Of a DNA stretch of 64,000 nucleotides, positions 62,420 through 64,000 are shown piece after piece. Source of the stretch: Acidimicrobiia bacterium (lineage in GTDB: Bacteria; Actinomycetota; Acidimicrobiia; Spongiisociales; ZC4RG35); contig OZ244034.1 of the NCBI GenBank assembly GCA_965215185.1, positions 928,001 through 992,000 on the forward strand, in the 5' to 3' direction. Within the stretch, counting starts at the first letter, position 1. The number at the start of each line of letters is the position of its first letter. Under the pieces are notes generated by a model, which searched no databases, was not told where the DNA came from, and saw only the letters and a list, made by a program, of their open reading frames with translations. Position numbers and translations under genes: made by a program.

Positions 62420-63289
62420 CTAAAGCGCTCTGAGTTTAGGATCCAGAAGGTCTCGAATGCGGTCACCGATCAGGTTAAAGGAAAGTACCACCAGGCCTAT
62501 CGCAGCTCCAGGGAATACGGAAATCCACCAGGCCGACCGGATCAGGTCACGCCCCTCGGCGACCATGCCACCCCACGTTGGCGTCGGTGGAGGAACACCG
62601 GCACCAAGAAAACTCAAGGTGCCTTCGACCGTGATAGCCCAACCGATCTGCAGGGTGGAAAGGACGATCACGCTGTTGAGCACGTTTGGCAGCAGGTGTG
62701 AAGCCATTATCCGCAGGGGTGATCCTCCCGCGACTCGCGCGAGCGCAATGAAGTCGCGCTCCTTCAAGCTAAGAACTTCCCCTCGTACCAGACGGGCATA
62801 GCGTGCCCATAGGATAAGCGCCATTACTGACACGACAACCGTAACACTTGGGCCGACAGTGACAGCAAAAACGAGGGCGATCAAGATTGCGGGAAAGGCA
62901 AGCCAACCATCGACCAGTCGCATGATCACCGTATCAACCCAACCTCCGAAGTAGCCGGCGATAGAACCGAGGGCCGTCCCGATAGACCCCGCGAGTAGGA
63001 CAGTGCCAGCGGCCACGGACATAGACACCTGAGCGCCCTTAATAATCCGACTTAGGATATCGCGGCCTAGGATATCAGTCCCCAGAGGAAACTCCCAGCT
63101 ACCTTCTTCTGAAAAGACCCATCCCTGACGGGCGTGCGCCAAGTTCAATTCGTCCGGTCCGTGGGGAGCGATGAAGTCCGCCAATAAGGCGGCCGCTACG
63201 GCCAACAAGACAACCAGAAGAGGAAACATGGGAAAGCTACGCCAGACTGTGCCCAATCCGATCCGTACCTTGCCAAAGAACTCAGACAC
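62420..63289 (-). CDS. Peptide ABC permease (DppC-like)
   Basis: LGTDILGRD, LSFLGAG, LDPK. Confidence 0.92.
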   Translation of the reverse strand: MSEFFGKVRIGLGTVWRSFPMFPLLVVLLAVAAALLADFIAPHGPDELNLAHARQGWVFSEEGSWEFPLGTDILGRDILSRIIKGAQVSMSVAAGTVLLAGSIGTALGSIAGYFGGWVDTVIMRLVDGWLAFPAILIALVFAVTVGPSVTVVVSVMALILWARYARLVRGEVLSLKERDFIALARVAGGSPLRIMASHLLPNVLNSVIVLSTLQIGWAITVEGTLSFLGAGVPPPTPTWGGMVAEGRDLIRSAWWISVFPGAAIGLVVLSFNLIGDRIRDLLDPKLRAL

Positions 63290-64000
63290 TAAGACGAATC
63301 CGCGGATCGATGACTGCATATGACAGGTCTACGAGAAGATTAGCAAAGACAATAAGCGCCGCCCACAAAATGACTACAGCCTGCAGCACGGGGAAGTCCC
63401 TCCATACAACTGCCTCAAAGGCAAGCCGACCCAAACCCGGCCACGCAAAGACGACTTCTGTCGTGACCGCAGCAGCTACGAGAACACCGTACATAAGTAC
63501 CACAAACGTTACGACCGGAATCAAGGCATTTCGGAAGGCGTGCCTCCACACAACCCTCATCTCGCTCGCACCCTTGATACGAGCAAGCTTGACGTACTCG
63601 CTGTCAAGCACTTCAAGCATGGCCGAGCGCATCAGTCGCGTGATCCCGGCTCCGGTAAATAGGCCCATCGTTGCTGCGGGAAGCAACAGATGCTGCCAGG
63701 TACCCGAACCCTGCGCTGGAAACACCTGCCATCTGACTGAGAACAGAATGATCGCTAGGATACCAGTGAAAAAGGGCGGAAGTGATTGACCCAGAACGGC
63801 TAGGCCCATTGCGGTACGATCTATGATCGTACCGCGCTTCACTGCCGCAAGGACACCGAGAGGAAGGCTGAATACGACCATGAAGAGGAGTGAAGCGCTG
63901 ACCAGCATGACCGAGTTCCCAAGGCGGTCCACAACGAGTTCAAGAACAGGTTGCTTGGTCCGTATCGATCTGCCAAAATCGCCCTGGATCACATTGCCTA
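63282..64000 (-). CDS. Peptide ABC permease (DppB-like), 5'-partial
   Basis: GDFGRS, EYVKLARIKG, EVVFAWPGLG, DPRI. Confidence 0.92.
   Translation of the reverse strand, partial: GNVIQGDFGRSIRTKQPVLELVVDRLGNSVMLVSASLLFMVVFSLPLGVLAAVKRGTIIDRTAMGLAVLGQSLPPFFTGILAIILFSVRWQVFPAQGSGTWQHLLLPAATMGLFTGAGITRLMRSAMLEVLDSEYVKLARIKGASEMRVVWRHAFRNALIPVVTFVVLMYGVLVAAAVTTEVVFAWPGLGRLAFEAVVWRDFPVLQAVVILWAALIVFANLLVDLSYAVIDPRIRLSV

Overview
High-GC accessory region, probably from an actinobacterium. The SLH, cadherin, RCC1 and LRR proteins and the many peptide ABC operons resemble sponge-symbiont Acidimicrobiia, which is an inference. 1-14 kb: three modular SLH-anchored surface proteins (sulfotransferase-like/Calx-beta/cadherin, RCC1-like repeats, LRR) and a fused sensor kinase-response regulator. 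14-64 kb: metabolic cargo including katG, two threonine-aldolase paralogs, an amidohydrolase, a FAD oxidoreductase, three peptide/nickel-type ABC operons, an SDR, a cupin and an acetoacetate-decarboxylase-family gene. The cargo is interleaved with six P4-type integrase genes or remnants, tRNA/tmRNA-like att fragments and many IS pieces. Main finding: three different IS110 elements (A, B, C; 50.2-57.3 kb) whose bridge-RNA target and donor guides can be read from their non-coding left ends and match the observed junctions. The guides point at other mobile elements. A sits in a conserved motif of B's recombinase gene, B's guide spells the right end (-35 box) of C-type elements, and C sits in the start of an integrase gene. 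Other A-type ends lie at a fixed position within IS3-family inverted repeats. Together this suggests an RNA-guided network of IS elements parasitising other mobile elements. All alignments were done by eye.
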